IMG/VR virus record: IMGVR_UViG_3300045988_084534
Location: 37,276-101,275 of that record
Origin: a virus
Strand: one strand, 5' to 3'
DNA length: 64,000 nucleotides
Part shown: positions 1-11,137 of the stretch, piece by piece
Layout of the letters: every line of letters starts with the position of its first letter
How positions within the stretch are numbered: the stretch's first letter is position 1
The notes under the pieces: generated by a model
What the model was told of the DNA's origin: nothing
The model's input: only the letters and a program-made list of their open reading frames with translations
Databases searched by the model: none
Position numbers and translations under genes: made by a program

Positions 1-434
1 TTAGCAAGTGCCATGGAAGTTGCGTCTAGTGGGCTTGCAACATATGGGAATGAATTTTCTGAGGTACTAGGATTAGTAACAGCAGGCACAGAAATTATGC
101 AAGGGAGATCATTGCAGGTTGCACGCGGGTTATCAACGATTGCCTCCCGCATTGCAAAAAATCAAGATGCCCTTGCAGAATATGGAATAGCAGTTCAAGA
201 TGCCAATGGCAATCTAAAGAGCACATATGATGTTCTTGCAGAATTAAAGCCAAAATGGGATCAAATGACCGATGCTCAAAGAGTAGCATTGGGTGACACT
301 CTTGCTGGAACCAATCAATACAAAGTCCTTGCCGCCGTACTCCAGAATTTTGAGCACGCAACAGCGGCGACTGAAACAGCCCTTAATTCCGCTGGCTCTG
401 CGGCACAGGAAAACGCGAAGTACCTAGAGAGCCT
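1..434 (+). CDS. Tail tape measure protein, exon 1 (5' partial, frame open to window edge)
   Basis: TP901-type TMP core (GTEIMQGRSLQVARG...GTNQYKVLAAVLQNF...AQENAKYLESL). The stop at 463-465 lies inside the intron. Joining U434 to C759 restores ...YLESL-EAREQSIKAEFEDF... Confidence 0.85.
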
Positions 435-758
435 TAACAAAATGGGGTTCTATAAACAAGTCTAATTGCGGGAACACCCTTAGAGCCTTATCAACCAAGT
501 TTTAATAGGAATATTAAGATGGCGAGGTTAGTGACCGAGGTATGGTAAAATTGATAAGGATTGGGCAACCAGACGCAACCAAGCGTCCAGAACGGACGAA
601 GGCTCATCGACCATCCCTTAATATGGGAGTAGGAGAAAGTGCTAGTCTCCGAAATGGCTTGACTTGCATAAGCAAGTATGATATGGTCAGTTCTCATATG
701 AAAATATGAGCGGTAGATGTCTACGACTAAGATTTAGCACATCTTAGTGAACATAAAG
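435..758 (+). mobile_element. Group I intron (T4 td-like, IA2-type core), no ORF
   Basis: P1: exon GAGCCU(429-434) pairs with intron GGGUUC(445-450), with U.G at the splice site. The intron ends in G758. The core AUCGACCAUCCCUUAAUAUGGGAGUAGG...GAUAUGGUCAG resembles td AACGACUAUCCC..GGGAGUAGG...GAUAUAGUCUG, with a compensatory P7 change (GACCA/UGGUC). Splicing keeps the frame. Confidence 0.8.
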
Positions 759-3700
759 CGAAGCCCGCGAACAATCCATCAAAGCAGAATTTGAGGATTT
801 TGCAAATCGCGTATTATCCAAAGAAGTAGTAGCAGGATTTTATGATGCTACTGAAGCGGCATTACAATTTATTAACACAGATTTTGGTGCAGCCACCACG
901 AGAATCATAGGCACAACAACGGCTATTACAAGTCTGGTTGGTATTCTTGGCACAATGGGCGCAAAATTGGTGCTTGTTGGTAAACAGCTACAGGCGGCTG
1001 GTGCGGCTAATGGCGTTCTTGGATTCCTTACTACGCCTAAGACACTGCTTATTATAGCTGGCGTGGTAGCCGCTATTGCTGGCTTAGTTGAGGTTATTAA
1101 GTCGGTTGAAAAAGCTCAATATGAGGCAAATCATGCTTTTGAGATAGCAAATCAAAAATTATCTGAGACACAAAACGAAATTAAGTCTACTGAGGAAAAT
1201 TTACAAAGTTATAAAAATTCTCTTAAAGAACTTAATGATGTGGCTGAAAAAGATAGAGGTCTTGCTTGGCAACAAGAACGTGCTGAAATTGAATTAAATA
1301 TTCAAAGTACAGAGACATACTTAAAGCTGTTAGAGCAAAAAGCCAAGTTAGAAGCGCAAACGGCGTATGAATCTAAGTTGCCAACTGGTTATACACTTGC
1401 AGGCAACCTAAACGAAAATAAATATAAGACCGAAGATTATTTTGGCGACTATTTTGCACCTGGCAATTCCCAAGTACAGTTGTCTATGGAGCAAGCTGGT
1501 GTTATAACGGCTGTGTATGACAGCGAATACGAGGCATTATCTAACATCGTTTTAGCACTTGCAAATGCTACAGATGAGCGCTATAGATACATCGAGGCAG
1601 AAGATTTAGCTCAACTTGAAGGCAAATCAACTGAAGAACAAATTCAGATTATGACTGATTTGTTAGGTAATTTGGGAATCAAGTTGTCCGCTACCACTGA
1701 AACGGCTACGCAATCTTTTGCCGCAATGGATAATCTTGCCAATAAATCTGGAGAACTTTCAACTAAAGAGAAAGATTTGGCGCAACGATACTTAGACCTG
1801 TATCGAAATATTGTTATCCTTGGTGTGGCAACCGATGAACAAACAAACAGCTATATTCAACTATTGGCTAGAATGTCTGCATTTGACTTGGAGACGGCTA
1901 GCACAACAGAAAAGATTAGTTGGTTAGCAAATGCTTTTGGTATAACAGCTAGTGAATCTGCAAATCTATTATATGCAACTGGTCAATTATCTCTGATTCA
2001 GGCTCAAGCTGCACGCGACATGGTACAACTTTCTAACGGTATGTGGGCTGCTAAATCTGCGTGTAAACAACTTGACGATGGGACATGGGAATTAAAAGAA
2101 AATTTAGACGAAACCGACGATTCAGCAGAAGACTTGTCCGATTCTCTCAATGCCTATCAAAAATCCATCAAGCAAGTAACCGATGATGAAAAAGCATTTG
2201 TCAATTCGCTATTTGATATGAATGGCAATTTGACCAAAGCGGCTCAACAAGCTCTTACCGCTGATAGTGCTATGGCGAGTTATGCACAGAAAATCCTAGA
2301 GGCTCAACAAGCACAAACGCAGTCTGATTATTCTAATTTAATACTTCAAATTGGTAAGGTTGGAGAAGCAGCTTACGTTAGTAGTAATAGATTACAGTCT
2401 TTGATTGCTAGCATTCCGGGCGTTACTTCTAGTACATGGTCTGCTGAAAATCAGGAATCTGTGATGCGCCGATTGTTTAACAAGCAAACGGGCAAGAACT
2501 GGAAACAAGACGCGGCAGCATATAGTGAATGGTCATCGAATTATTTGTTAAATTTGAGCCAAAAAAAATATGAAGAACGCTTAAAAGAGCTACAAAATCA
2601 AGCAAATGCTATATCTTCATTTGTTCCATCTACAGGTGGCGGAGGTGGCTCATCTTCTACAACATCTCAAAAATCCCCGGCTCAAATTGCGGCAGAAGCG
2701 GCAACGAAAGCGGCTAAGTATAGACTAGATGCCTTACAAGATGAGCTTGATGCGCTCAACGATGAAAAATCGGCACTAGAAGATGAAATTCAGCGAATCC
2801 AAGATGAGGTCAAGGCTGAATATCAGGCTGAGATTGATATTCTCAACGATAAGAAAGAGGCTATCCAAGAGGCATATGAGGCATGGGAAGAAGATGCTGA
2901 TGCTGTACTTGATAGACTCAAAGCAGAAAAGGACGCTATTCAAGCAGTCATTGACGCTATTGACAAAGAGAAAGAACAACTTGAAGCGGCGACCGCCTAT
3001 GCTACTGAATATGCCTCTAGGCAGATTGATGAAATTGACGCGCGGCTAGATGAGCTAGATGCCCGTGAAGCCGAAATCAATAAAAAATATGATGACGAGC
3101 TAGACAAGCTAAAAGCGACCAATAAAGAGCTGGACAAGCAAATTGAGCGCGAGAAGCTGCTACAAAATCTAGCATCTGCTAAAAATAAGAAAAAGCGGGT
3201 ATATTCGGCGCAACAGGGTTATATCCTAGTTGATGATATTGCCGCAATTTCTAAAGCACAGGCAGAGCTTGATAAATTTGACCGTCAGCAAAAACAATCT
3301 CTTGAGAAACAGGAGATTGAAAATAAACGCAAACAAGAGCTGTTAGCATCTGGTGTCGAGGCTGAACGCGCGGCATTAGAAGAGCAGAAAAAGCTCTGGG
3401 AAGAATATAGTAAAAAATGGTCTAGTATTGTTTCTGACTATGAGTTCAAGCAAAATAGACTAGCTTATATTCAGCGATATGGTAAGGCTATTGAGCAACA
3501 GAACTGGCAACAGCGCAATAGAACGGTTGACCAAGCTACCAAAGAATACGCTGATATTATGGCGCGGCTATTGGCTGAACAAGAGCGGATGGCGGCTAAA
3601 GAGGCTGAAATTGCGGCTCAAGAGGCGGCAATGGACGAAGCCAGAATTGCCAATCAGAAAGCAACTGCCGCTATTGAAAAGCAAATCAGCGACCTACAAG

Positions 3701-4377
3701 ATGAAATGGTGGCGGCTCAAGAAGCCAGAACTCGCAAGCAAGTAGAATCTCTAAATGCACTGGCTGATGCTATCGAGGACGCTCAAAGGCGTGTTAATCA
3801 AGCGCAGAAAGATTATGACTCCGCACAAGAAGATGAGGGCGCATATGATGTAGATAAGCCGCGTGTTCTAAAGCAAGTGGGCGGCAAAGCTCCCGATGAT
3901 GCCAAGGTAGGCGATTATATTGCTACGGCAGATGGCATTTATCATATTACTGGCGGATACGCTGGACATTGGAAGAGTAGACGAGTGAGCGGTACTGAGG
4001 GGCGTTCCGACTTAAATAATGCGAGAGCAGCGGCTAATTGGCTAGTTAAAAATGGCTATTTGACCGCTGGCGAATTTGGCTATAGGAGCGGAACAACATC
4101 TGCCACACCGGGCTTACATATGCTCGGTGAAAATGGCCCAGAGCTAGGCGTGTTAAGTCGCGGCGATGGGGTCATCCCAGCCGATATAACCAGAAACCTG
4201 ATGAACATAGGCAAGAATCCAGAGAAATTTGCAAATGCCGCTGTTGCCAGAAATGGCGGCGATATTATCATGCAAGGCGTTACTTTGGCATTCCCCAATG
4301 TGCGTGATGGCAGTGATGCCGCAACATTCACTAAGAATTTTGTCAACTTGGCGCATCAATATGCCTATAAGCGATAA
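759..4377 (+). CDS. Tail tape measure protein, exon 2
   Basis: Open frame from 757. It has a TM-like segment, a long coiled-coil region and the C-terminal motif GLHMLGENGPELGVLSRGDGVIPA typical of TMPs. This is the largest ORF in the tail module. Confidence 0.9.
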
Positions 4378-4384
4378 ATTGAAT

Positions 4385-4412
4385 AAGAGGGGTTGGGCAT
4401 CCCGCCCCTCTT
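4385..4412 (+). terminator. Hairpin after the tape measure gene (weak or partial terminator)
   Basis: AAGAGGGG(4385-4392)...CCCCTCTT(4405-4412), followed by an AT-rich stretch but no clean U-run. Confidence 0.35.
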
Positions 4413-4440
4413 ATATATTAAAACAAGGAGGCAATGATAT

Positions 4441-4683
4441 ATGACATCTGCAAAAGATTTACTAGATGCTATAAATTTGCTGATAGATAAAAAGCTAGAA
4501 AAAACGGCGCAAATATATACCTGTATCGTTACCTCTGTGAACACGACCACAAAAAAATGTACAGTTACAATGGGCGGTGTTAGCATCAATGTGCAATATT
4601 ACGGGAATGCGCCGACACCGGGAAAAGCATATCGTGTATTTGTACCACAGGGCAATACCAGTGATGCTTTTATTATCAATTAA
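4441..4683 (+). CDS. Small tail-module protein, unknown function
   Basis: 80-aa ORF preceded by AAGGAGG, immediately downstream of the TMP gene. Confidence 0.5.
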   Translation: MTSAKDLLDAINLLIDKKLEKTAQIYTCIVTSVNTTTKKCTVTMGGVSINVQYYGNAPTPGKAYRVFVPQGNTSDAFIIN

Positions 4684-4697
4684 GGAGGCGCAATATA

Positions 4698-5804
4698 TTG
4701 GCATTAACTATACCAACATTAAATCAGGTTGCCGCATTTGATGCGGGGTATCCGCAGACATTTACATTCAATGTTATTGGCGGCGACCAAGTAACGGGCA
4801 GTATATTGACCATTAAAACAAATGATGCGGCGGCAACCACAGTTTCTACGATTGAAACCACGTCATTTGATTATATAGTAACATTGCCAGCGGGTAGATT
4901 GACCAATGGCACATATTATCAGGCATATATTCAGACTAAGAACGCGGCGGGTGATACATCCGACCCGTCCAACATCATCCAGTTCTATTGCTATACAACG
5001 CCTGTCTTTGAGTTCGACCCAGCCGTTGTTACAGTAGGCAATTCTAGCGCGTCATTTAATGTGACATATGATCAGCTTCAGAAAGAGCCGCTTGTTCAAT
5101 ATAGATTCTATCTATATAATCAGGCTGGTATTAGAATTTCAGACAGTGGCGTGATTTACACAAATAGTACAGATGTGCCGTTTAGCGGCTCATATCTATT
5201 CACAGGATTTTCTAATAATACAACATATCAGATTGAATGTGTGGGCGTTACATCTGGTAATACATCTATCACTACGGGGCGTTCTACATTTACTGTATCA
5301 TATGAATCGCCATCTGTCTACTCAGATTTTATAGTCACTAATAACTGCGAAGGCGGCTATATGACCATAACATCTAATGTTGTCGGCATTGATGGTACAG
5401 TATTCCCAGAGCCGCCAAAATATGTAGATGACCCATATTCAACACAGGTAGTTCCAAAGAAAGAGTTGGATGTTACAGATAGTGACTCATATGTCGTATG
5501 GGATACTGGATATATCGTTACGGACAATTATGCTCTTGGTGCGTGGATTAGAAACCCCAATCCAAACAGTATGCTAATAGAGCTAAAGAATAATGACGGC
5601 GATATGGTGCAATTATGGTATATGACTAATGATGAAAAATCATGGATGGAACTATATGTAACACCAAGCGGCGATTTATGGAAATATGAAATTAAGAGCG
5701 CAGAAATCGCCGCACCGTCACATGATGAACAGCTATTTATCAAGCTGATATGTGAGAACAACCTATACGATATTAGTATAACTAATAGGGGGGCAGTGGT
5801 ATGA
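4698..5804 (+). CDS. Tail structural protein (distal-tail-like position, Ig/FN3-like N-terminal part)
   Basis: TTG start after AAGGAGG. Its position directly follows the TMP, the sequence is beta-rich, and its end overlaps the next gene. Confidence 0.5.
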   Translation: MALTIPTLNQVAAFDAGYPQTFTFNVIGGDQVTGSILTIKTNDAAATTVSTIETTSFDYIVTLPAGRLTNGTYYQAYIQTKNAAGDTSDPSNIIQFYCYTTPVFEFDPAVVTVGNSSASFNVTYDQLQKEPLVQYRFYLYNQAGIRISDSGVIYTNSTDVPFSGSYLFTGFSNNTTYQIECVGVTSGNTSITTGRSTFTVSYESPSVYSDFIVTNNCEGGYMTITSNVVGIDGTVFPEPPKYVDDPYSTQVVPKKELDVTDSDSYVVWDTGYIVTDNYALGAWIRNPNPNSMLIELKNNDGDMVQLWYMTNDEKSWMELYVTPSGDLWKYEIKSAEIAAPSHDEQLFIKLICENNLYDISITNRGAVV

Positions 5805-6712
5805 TTGGTATTCTAGGATATAATTTTTGTCGTGATGAAGATTGCCTAAATCCATATCCTACTCATGCTAATACGGTGCAATTTACTAGAGCGAGCAATG
5901 CTGTTTATGGGCATCTTAATATCACATCGAATATAGCCAATCCATATCCTGACGAAAATCCACCAACAGCATGGGATTTTAATACCATCATCAATATTGA
6001 TTTTGATGGGGATGTATCTGGCGGCTCGTCTGAAGGCGTAGAGGATATTATTGCTGTAAGAATCAAGCGGCGCATTCATGGTGAATTTGATTGGATGACA
6101 ATTAAGGAATTTACAATCACCAGTTCAGACCAGCTCAAATTTACCACTACAGATAATCTTGGGCTGAATTTCACCACATATGATTATGCTTTTGTTCCCG
6201 TTACGAATCAGGGTGAGGGCAATTATATTATTGCTGAAAGCAAGCTGTCAGAATTTGATGGTGTATTCATTTGTGACCAAGAGACCATCCATAAATTTGA
6301 GGCGGGTGTTGAATATGGCACTAATGATTATGTCCAGAAAATCGGCACGTTTGAGCCATATGGCAGGCAATATCCAGTTGTTATTAGTAATGGTCTAATC
6401 AATTATCAGACTGGTTCATTGACTGGCACAATTCTACCAGTTGATTATACATCCAATGGTAGGCTCAATCGCCAAGAAATGGTTGAAATTAAAAAGACGC
6501 TGGCGGCATTCATGACCAATAAGAAGCCAAAAATCATCAAGGATTTTAATGGCAACGCATGGCTCATTTATATTATTGATAATGTGTCTATTGATTACAA
6601 GAACAATTGGGGAATGGGCATTGCCGACATTACAGCCACATGGATTGAAACGGGTGATGTAAATAACAAGAGCGACCTGTATAAAAACGGATTAATTCCA
6701 ACGGAGGTATAA
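5801..6712 (+). CDS. Tail/baseplate structural protein
   Basis: ATGA overlap with the upstream gene; 303-aa ORF in the tail module with no specific motif recognised. Confidence 0.5.
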   Translation: MIGILGYNFCRDEDCLNPYPTHANTVQFTRASNAVYGHLNITSNIANPYPDENPPTAWDFNTIINIDFDGDVSGGSSEGVEDIIAVRIKRRIHGEFDWMTIKEFTITSSDQLKFTTTDNLGLNFTTYDYAFVPVTNQGEGNYIIAESKLSEFDGVFICDQETIHKFEAGVEYGTNDYVQKIGTFEPYGRQYPVVISNGLINYQTGSLTGTILPVDYTSNGRLNRQEMVEIKKTLAAFMTNKKPKIIKDFNGNAWLIYIIDNVSIDYKNNWGMGIADITATWIETGDVNNKSDLYKNGLIPTEV

Positions 6713-6713
6713 T

Positions 6714-8168
6714 ATGGCATATAATGTTGTAACCTCTGATTTAGATATTATCCGGCAACAGAGCATCAAGAAAATAATTCGGCTATATATACTAGATTTT
6801 AACTATGCTCGTGTTGCTGAAATCAGCGGTAATATGTTGGCTATGAATGTATCTATTGATTCAGAGTCAGATTTGCGCCGTAGCTGTAGCATTGAGCTTG
6901 TAGTAGTAGATGATTCATATAATGTAGCCGCTGGTGGACGTATATGGTTAGACAAATATATCCAACCATATATTGGCTATGAGAACATTCATACTGGTGA
7001 AGTACAGTGGTATAATCAGGGCATATATTTAATCAATGCTCCAAGCTGGCAATATGACGCTGAAACAAAGGTGCTCTCTTTTGCTGGGCTTGATTTGATG
7101 AGCAAATTGACGGGTTTGCGCAATGGGCAGCTAGAGGGCTTGACATATAGTATCCCAGCAGGACAAAATGTGCGCAATGTTATCATTGACACGATTAAAT
7201 TGGCTGGATTCAATAATTATATTGTATCAGAATGTAGAAGCAAGAACGGCGCAATCGTGCTTACTCCATATAATATAGAAATATCGGCAGGCGGCACAGT
7301 ATATGATATTTTGAGCGAATTGCGCGACATTATGCCCAATTATGAGATATTCTTTGATGTTGACGGCGTGTTTATTTATCAACCAATTCCAACTGGACAG
7401 AATGTTCCTGTTAAAATTGATGACACAATGTTAAAAAATGTGCTGCTCAATGAAGCCGTAGATACAGATTTTGAGACAGTTAAGAACTATATTGAGGTAT
7501 ATGGGCAAACATATGACCCCGATTATTATTCGGCTACGACCACATATTCAGGCGGCGTATTGAATCTAACCGTGTCCAGCTTGTCTACAGCAGCGGCTAG
7601 TGTTCCAAATGGTATATTGATTGGATTTACAGCGCCACAAGATATTAACGGCGCAATCAATGTTAAATTAAACAATCTGACATCTGCAATGCCGCTAATT
7701 GACCAATATGGTGAATCGACATATAGTCTTGTATCAGGTGGCTATTACATTATCCAATGGAATTATACAGATGCGTCAACATCGCCATACTATTATATTG
7801 GCAAGCAACAAATCAGCGCCATAGCAAAAGACGATAATCCAGATAGCCCATTTTATATTAGTGGTTCAGTCGGCATGATTAGAGAGGTACTGTCTGGAGG
7901 CGAATATGATAATATTATCACAGATTCATTAGCCCAGCAACAGGCAGATTATTCTTTGTGGCAAAAGACCCGATTACAGGATTCTATTGCATTAAGCATT
8001 ACGCCTGTACCATGGCTTGATGTCAATGATATTATCGGGCATAAGGCTGTTGGCGCATCAGAAGCAAAAAAATATATAGTGAAAAACATATCAACGGATT
8101 ATGGGCAGGTCGATGGTATGCAGACAATCACGGCTATTACCTATTATCCGTTATATCCAGATATTTAA
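6714..8168 (+). CDS. Baseplate/tail hub-like structural protein
   Basis: 484-aa ORF tightly packed after the previous gene. The call rests on position only. Confidence 0.45.
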   Translation: MAYNVVTSDLDIIRQQSIKKIIRLYILDFNYARVAEISGNMLAMNVSIDSESDLRRSCSIELVVVDDSYNVAAGGRIWLDKYIQPYIGYENIHTGEVQWYNQGIYLINAPSWQYDAETKVLSFAGLDLMSKLTGLRNGQLEGLTYSIPAGQNVRNVIIDTIKLAGFNNYIVSECRSKNGAIVLTPYNIEISAGGTVYDILSELRDIMPNYEIFFDVDGVFIYQPIPTGQNVPVKIDDTMLKNVLLNEAVDTDFETVKNYIEVYGQTYDPDYYSATTTYSGGVLNLTVSSLSTAAASVPNGILIGFTAPQDINGAINVKLNNLTSAMPLIDQYGESTYSLVSGGYYIIQWNYTDASTSPYYYIGKQQISAIAKDDNPDSPFYISGSVGMIREVLSGGEYDNIITDSLAQQQADYSLWQKTRLQDSIALSITPVPWLDVNDIIGHKAVGASEAKKYIVKNISTDYGQVDGMQTITAITYYPLYPDI

Positions 8169-8184
8169 TAAGGAGGGAATATAA

Positions 8185-8511
8185 GTGAGTACGGTTTTCC
8201 CCTCGGAAATTCAAACTTTTCCAACAATGCAAGATATGAGCGCCAGTGATGCCGCGCTGGTTAAGCAATATCAAGAGTTAATGAAGCAAGGCAGAATCAA
8301 TTCTGCTAGAGATGTATTGGCGCAAATCAGCAATTATCAGAATAAGCTAGTGACCGCAGAATTACTCAATACAATGAACGATACCATTGTGGCGCTAGAA
8401 GGATATTATACAACGAGATTTAGCCCAGCATATGTTGTATCTGCCACACAGCCAGCTAAACAGGATGTCGGTGATTTCTGGTTTAAGGTCAATAAGGAGA
8501 CAAGTGTCTGA
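8185..8511 (+). CDS. Small structural protein (paralog of 8511..8819)
   Basis: GTG start after AAGGAGGG. It shares the layout ...QY..(L/Y)...G....A...N.M...P....GD.(W/Y)F with the next ORF. Confidence 0.5.
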   Translation: MSTVFPSEIQTFPTMQDMSASDAALVKQYQELMKQGRINSARDVLAQISNYQNKLVTAELLNTMNDTIVALEGYYTTRFSPAYVVSATQPAKQDVGDFWFKVNKETSV

Positions 8512-8819
8512 TGAAATATCAAGATATACATAGAAGTGATGCGGCAATTTGGGCACAATATAAACAATATATTGACGAAGGAAAATATACTGAGGCTGCT
8601 AGTTTGATTGATGGGCTTGATGATAAGGCGCTCATTGCTAATGTATTTAATTACATGACAGGGCAAGATGGCGATTATAGTAAACCCAATCTCAAGACGC
8701 TACAAGAGCACCAAAGTAGCACATTCAAGCAAGACAGGATTCAAGTTGCTACTGAGCCGCCAGCCAATATGAAAGCAGGGGATGTATATTTTCATTTCGA
8801 CAGAGAAATAAGAGGGTGA
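8511..8819 (+). CDS. Small structural protein (paralog of 8185..8511)
   Basis: ATG overlaps the upstream stop (TGATG). The C-terminal PANMKAGDVYFHF matches PAKQDVGDFWFKV in the neighbour. Confidence 0.5.
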   Translation: MKYQDIHRSDAAIWAQYKQYIDEGKYTEAASLIDGLDDKALIANVFNYMTGQDGDYSKPNLKTLQEHQSSTFKQDRIQVATEPPANMKAGDVYFHFDREIRG

Positions 8820-8823
8820 ATAT

Positions 8824-9132
8824 ATGGCGACAACAAAACAAATTACAATGACAGAATATAATGGCACGGATTATGACGTGATATTGCCAAAATCTGTATA
8901 TACAGTGACTGGCACGTTATTAGGTACGGGATGGTCGAACAATCAGCAAACAATCAATATCCCGCAGGTTATGGCTGATAGTGCAGTTATCGTATCCTCT
9001 ACACCTGCTGATGCTGACAAGTATACCAATTCTGGCATTCTATGCACGGCTCAGGGTGATGGTACATTGACATTTACAAGAAAGAGGGCGGCAACATCCG
9101 CCAATATTGGAGTTAATATTTTCATTCTTTAA
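8824..9132 (+). CDS. Small tail-module protein
   Basis: 102-aa ORF with tight spacing to its neighbours. Confidence 0.45.
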   Translation: MATTKQITMTEYNGTDYDVILPKSVYTVTGTLLGTGWSNNQQTINIPQVMADSAVIVSSTPADADKYTNSGILCTAQGDGTLTFTRKRAATSANIGVNIFIL

Positions 9133-9147
9133 TAAGGAGGCGATGTC

Positions 9148-10023
9148 ATGTTAATGAATGTTCGCCCATCTTATCCAGAATTAGAGTATATCAATATTAT
9201 TGACATCACGCCAGAAGATAGAACATTTACAAGTGATATAGGTATAAGAAGCGTAAGTACATGGGGGCCTCTATATTATGAGGGTGAAGCATATCCACAA
9301 AAAGATACAGCGACATATTATCCGAGCGGACACACACCTCCGGGATATATAAGGTATGGTTTCAGAAATTTTACTGTTCATCCAATATCACAAGCCGAAT
9401 TAACTGTTGCTGGCACTGAATCAGAGCAGACATTTCAGCCAAGCAACAATGATGCTTTCTTATATAACAAAGTGACCGTTACTCCAAATCTATTACAGTC
9501 AAAACCACCAGTTACGCCATCTGCGACATCTCAACCTGTTACACCAGATAGTGGATATTATGCGTTGAATAGTGTTACCGTTAAGGGCTTGCCACTTGAA
9601 ACAAAGAATGTTCCAAGCATTACGCAAAACGACCAAGTTTTTACGCCATCTAGCGGATATTATGGCTTTAAGCAAATCAATGTTCCAGCTAGTACCACAT
9701 TGAAGATGTTGACCGTTACGCGCAATAGACCAGATAATATTCCAAATACTGTGGGATTTTCAACGATATATACAATATCTATTTTGACCACTAATAGCAT
9801 GGGATATACAGAGTATCAGAACGGAGTAAATATGATAACGGGCAGTTCTAGTCTAGGTGGTGTGGCAACAATTATTTGGGGTTATGGTGGAGATAGTATG
9901 CTTCAACAAGTGGTCAATTTCAATGAATTGGTAACTGTGACTAGTTCAACTATCAACATAAATATAAGTCAATTTGATCTTCGGTTCTCTGGCGAATATC
10001 AAGTGTTTATAACGGGGGCGTAA
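9148..10023 (+). CDS. Repeat-containing fibre/receptor-binding-like protein, paralog A
   Basis: Tandem units of about 35 aa, e.g. SQPVTPDSGYYALNSVTVKGLPLE and DQVFTPSSGYYGFKQINVP, followed by a unique C-terminal domain. Confidence 0.6.
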   Translation: MLMNVRPSYPELEYINIIDITPEDRTFTSDIGIRSVSTWGPLYYEGEAYPQKDTATYYPSGHTPPGYIRYGFRNFTVHPISQAELTVAGTESEQTFQPSNNDAFLYNKVTVTPNLLQSKPPVTPSATSQPVTPDSGYYALNSVTVKGLPLETKNVPSITQNDQVFTPSSGYYGFKQINVPASTTLKMLTVTRNRPDNIPNTVGFSTIYTISILTTNSMGYTEYQNGVNMITGSSSLGGVATIIWGYGGDSMLQQVVNFNELVTVTSSTININISQFDLRFSGEYQVFITGA

Positions 10024-10025
10024 AT

Positions 10026-10907
10026 ATGATTATTAACAAAAGCCCCAAGGAACTGCTTGGGTTACAAGAGAAAACAATGGAATATGGTGAACATATAACC
10101 CCAGATGCAGGTTATATGGGTTTTAGCAAGGTCACTATCAAAGGAATAACAAAGAGCGACGAATATGTTACGCCGGGAACGACTGAAATCGTGCTAACTA
10201 CGCCAAGTGGCGGCGCAGATACGATTGGCAGTGTGACAGTAAATGGAGTAAAGACGGATACGCTTACTGTATCCCCTAGTCAACAGACACAGGAATTTAC
10301 GCCAACAGCGCCGTCATCAGGATATGATAAGGTGGTTGTTAAAGCTGCTCCAAAATCTATTCTATTTGCCAATCCACAAGAATCCGATGTAACATACACA
10401 AAGAATGTCGGCGATTATGGTATTGGCAGCTTGCTTGTAAAATCTGCGGCGCTACAAGAGAGGACGATATATCCTTCAACATCACCGCAGACCATTAAGC
10501 CGGAATCTGGATATTATGGTATTAGCAAAGTGACTATCAAAGGCGGCACGACCTTAAAAAGCTATGAAAGGATATATCGTGGAGCTGGCGATTATTCTTA
10601 TTGGGATGCTAATGTACCAATAAATGAATTTATAGCAAATCCTACTTGTATTATAGTGTATGCTATCAACGATATGGACGCAGAGGGTGATGTCTATAAT
10701 CTATTTTCATTAACGGCATATCAATCCAATGGACGAATGTATGTAGATGATGGATATATGAGAACAAGGACTGCAAGCATTGCTGATATGTCATATACAA
10801 CGATTGGCAATAATAGGATGGGCTTTAATCTGCCTATATATAATAGTAATGATAGAGCGCTATATAAATCTGGGATGTTTTATTTCATTGGTATTTATGG
10901 TACATAA
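10026..10907 (+). CDS. Repeat-containing fibre/receptor-binding-like protein, paralog B
   Basis: About 5 units, e.g. EHITPDAGYMGFSKVTIKG, QEFTPTAPSSGYDKVVVKAAP and QTIKPESGYYGISKVTIKGG, followed by a unique C-terminus. Confidence 0.6.
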   Translation: MIINKSPKELLGLQEKTMEYGEHITPDAGYMGFSKVTIKGITKSDEYVTPGTTEIVLTTPSGGADTIGSVTVNGVKTDTLTVSPSQQTQEFTPTAPSSGYDKVVVKAAPKSILFANPQESDVTYTKNVGDYGIGSLLVKSAALQERTIYPSTSPQTIKPESGYYGISKVTIKGGTTLKSYERIYRGAGDYSYWDANVPINEFIANPTCIIVYAINDMDAEGDVYNLFSLTAYQSNGRMYVDDGYMRTRTASIADMSYTTIGNNRMGFNLPIYNSNDRALYKSGMFYFIGIYGT

Positions 10908-10928
10908 AAGGATAAGGAGGGAAAATAC

Positions 10929-11137
10929 ATGACAAATATTGAATTGGCAAAAAAGCACGAAGATGTAGCTAAGAAATATAAGACAGTATATATGTGGGGC
11001 TGTTTTGGTCATCCAGTGACCGAGGCGATTATCAGAGAAAAGGCGGCGCAATATCCTAGTTGGTATACAGCGGCAAAGCAGAGAGAACTAAGAAAGCTGG
11101 TCGGCAAGGGATATTTTGCATTTGACTGTGTAAATCT
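10929..11137 (+). CDS. NlpC/P60-type cell-wall peptidase (lysin), exon 1
   Basis: Ends in the ...GKGYFAFDCVNL catalytic-Cys motif. The downstream stop at 11157-11159 lies in the intron. The 5' splice site is at U11137 or alternatively U11131; both keep the frame. Confidence 0.75.

Noticed and set aside
491-697. - strand 68-aa ORF inside the TMP intron
   Set aside because: It is antisense to the conserved intron core and has no RBS. The related lysin intron has no equivalent ORF at this position.
2776-4359. Nested ORFs on both strands within the tape measure gene
   Set aside because: They lie within the coiled-coil-encoding repetitive region of a clearly supported 1.1-kaa ORF. Their translations are low-complexity and they have no RBS.
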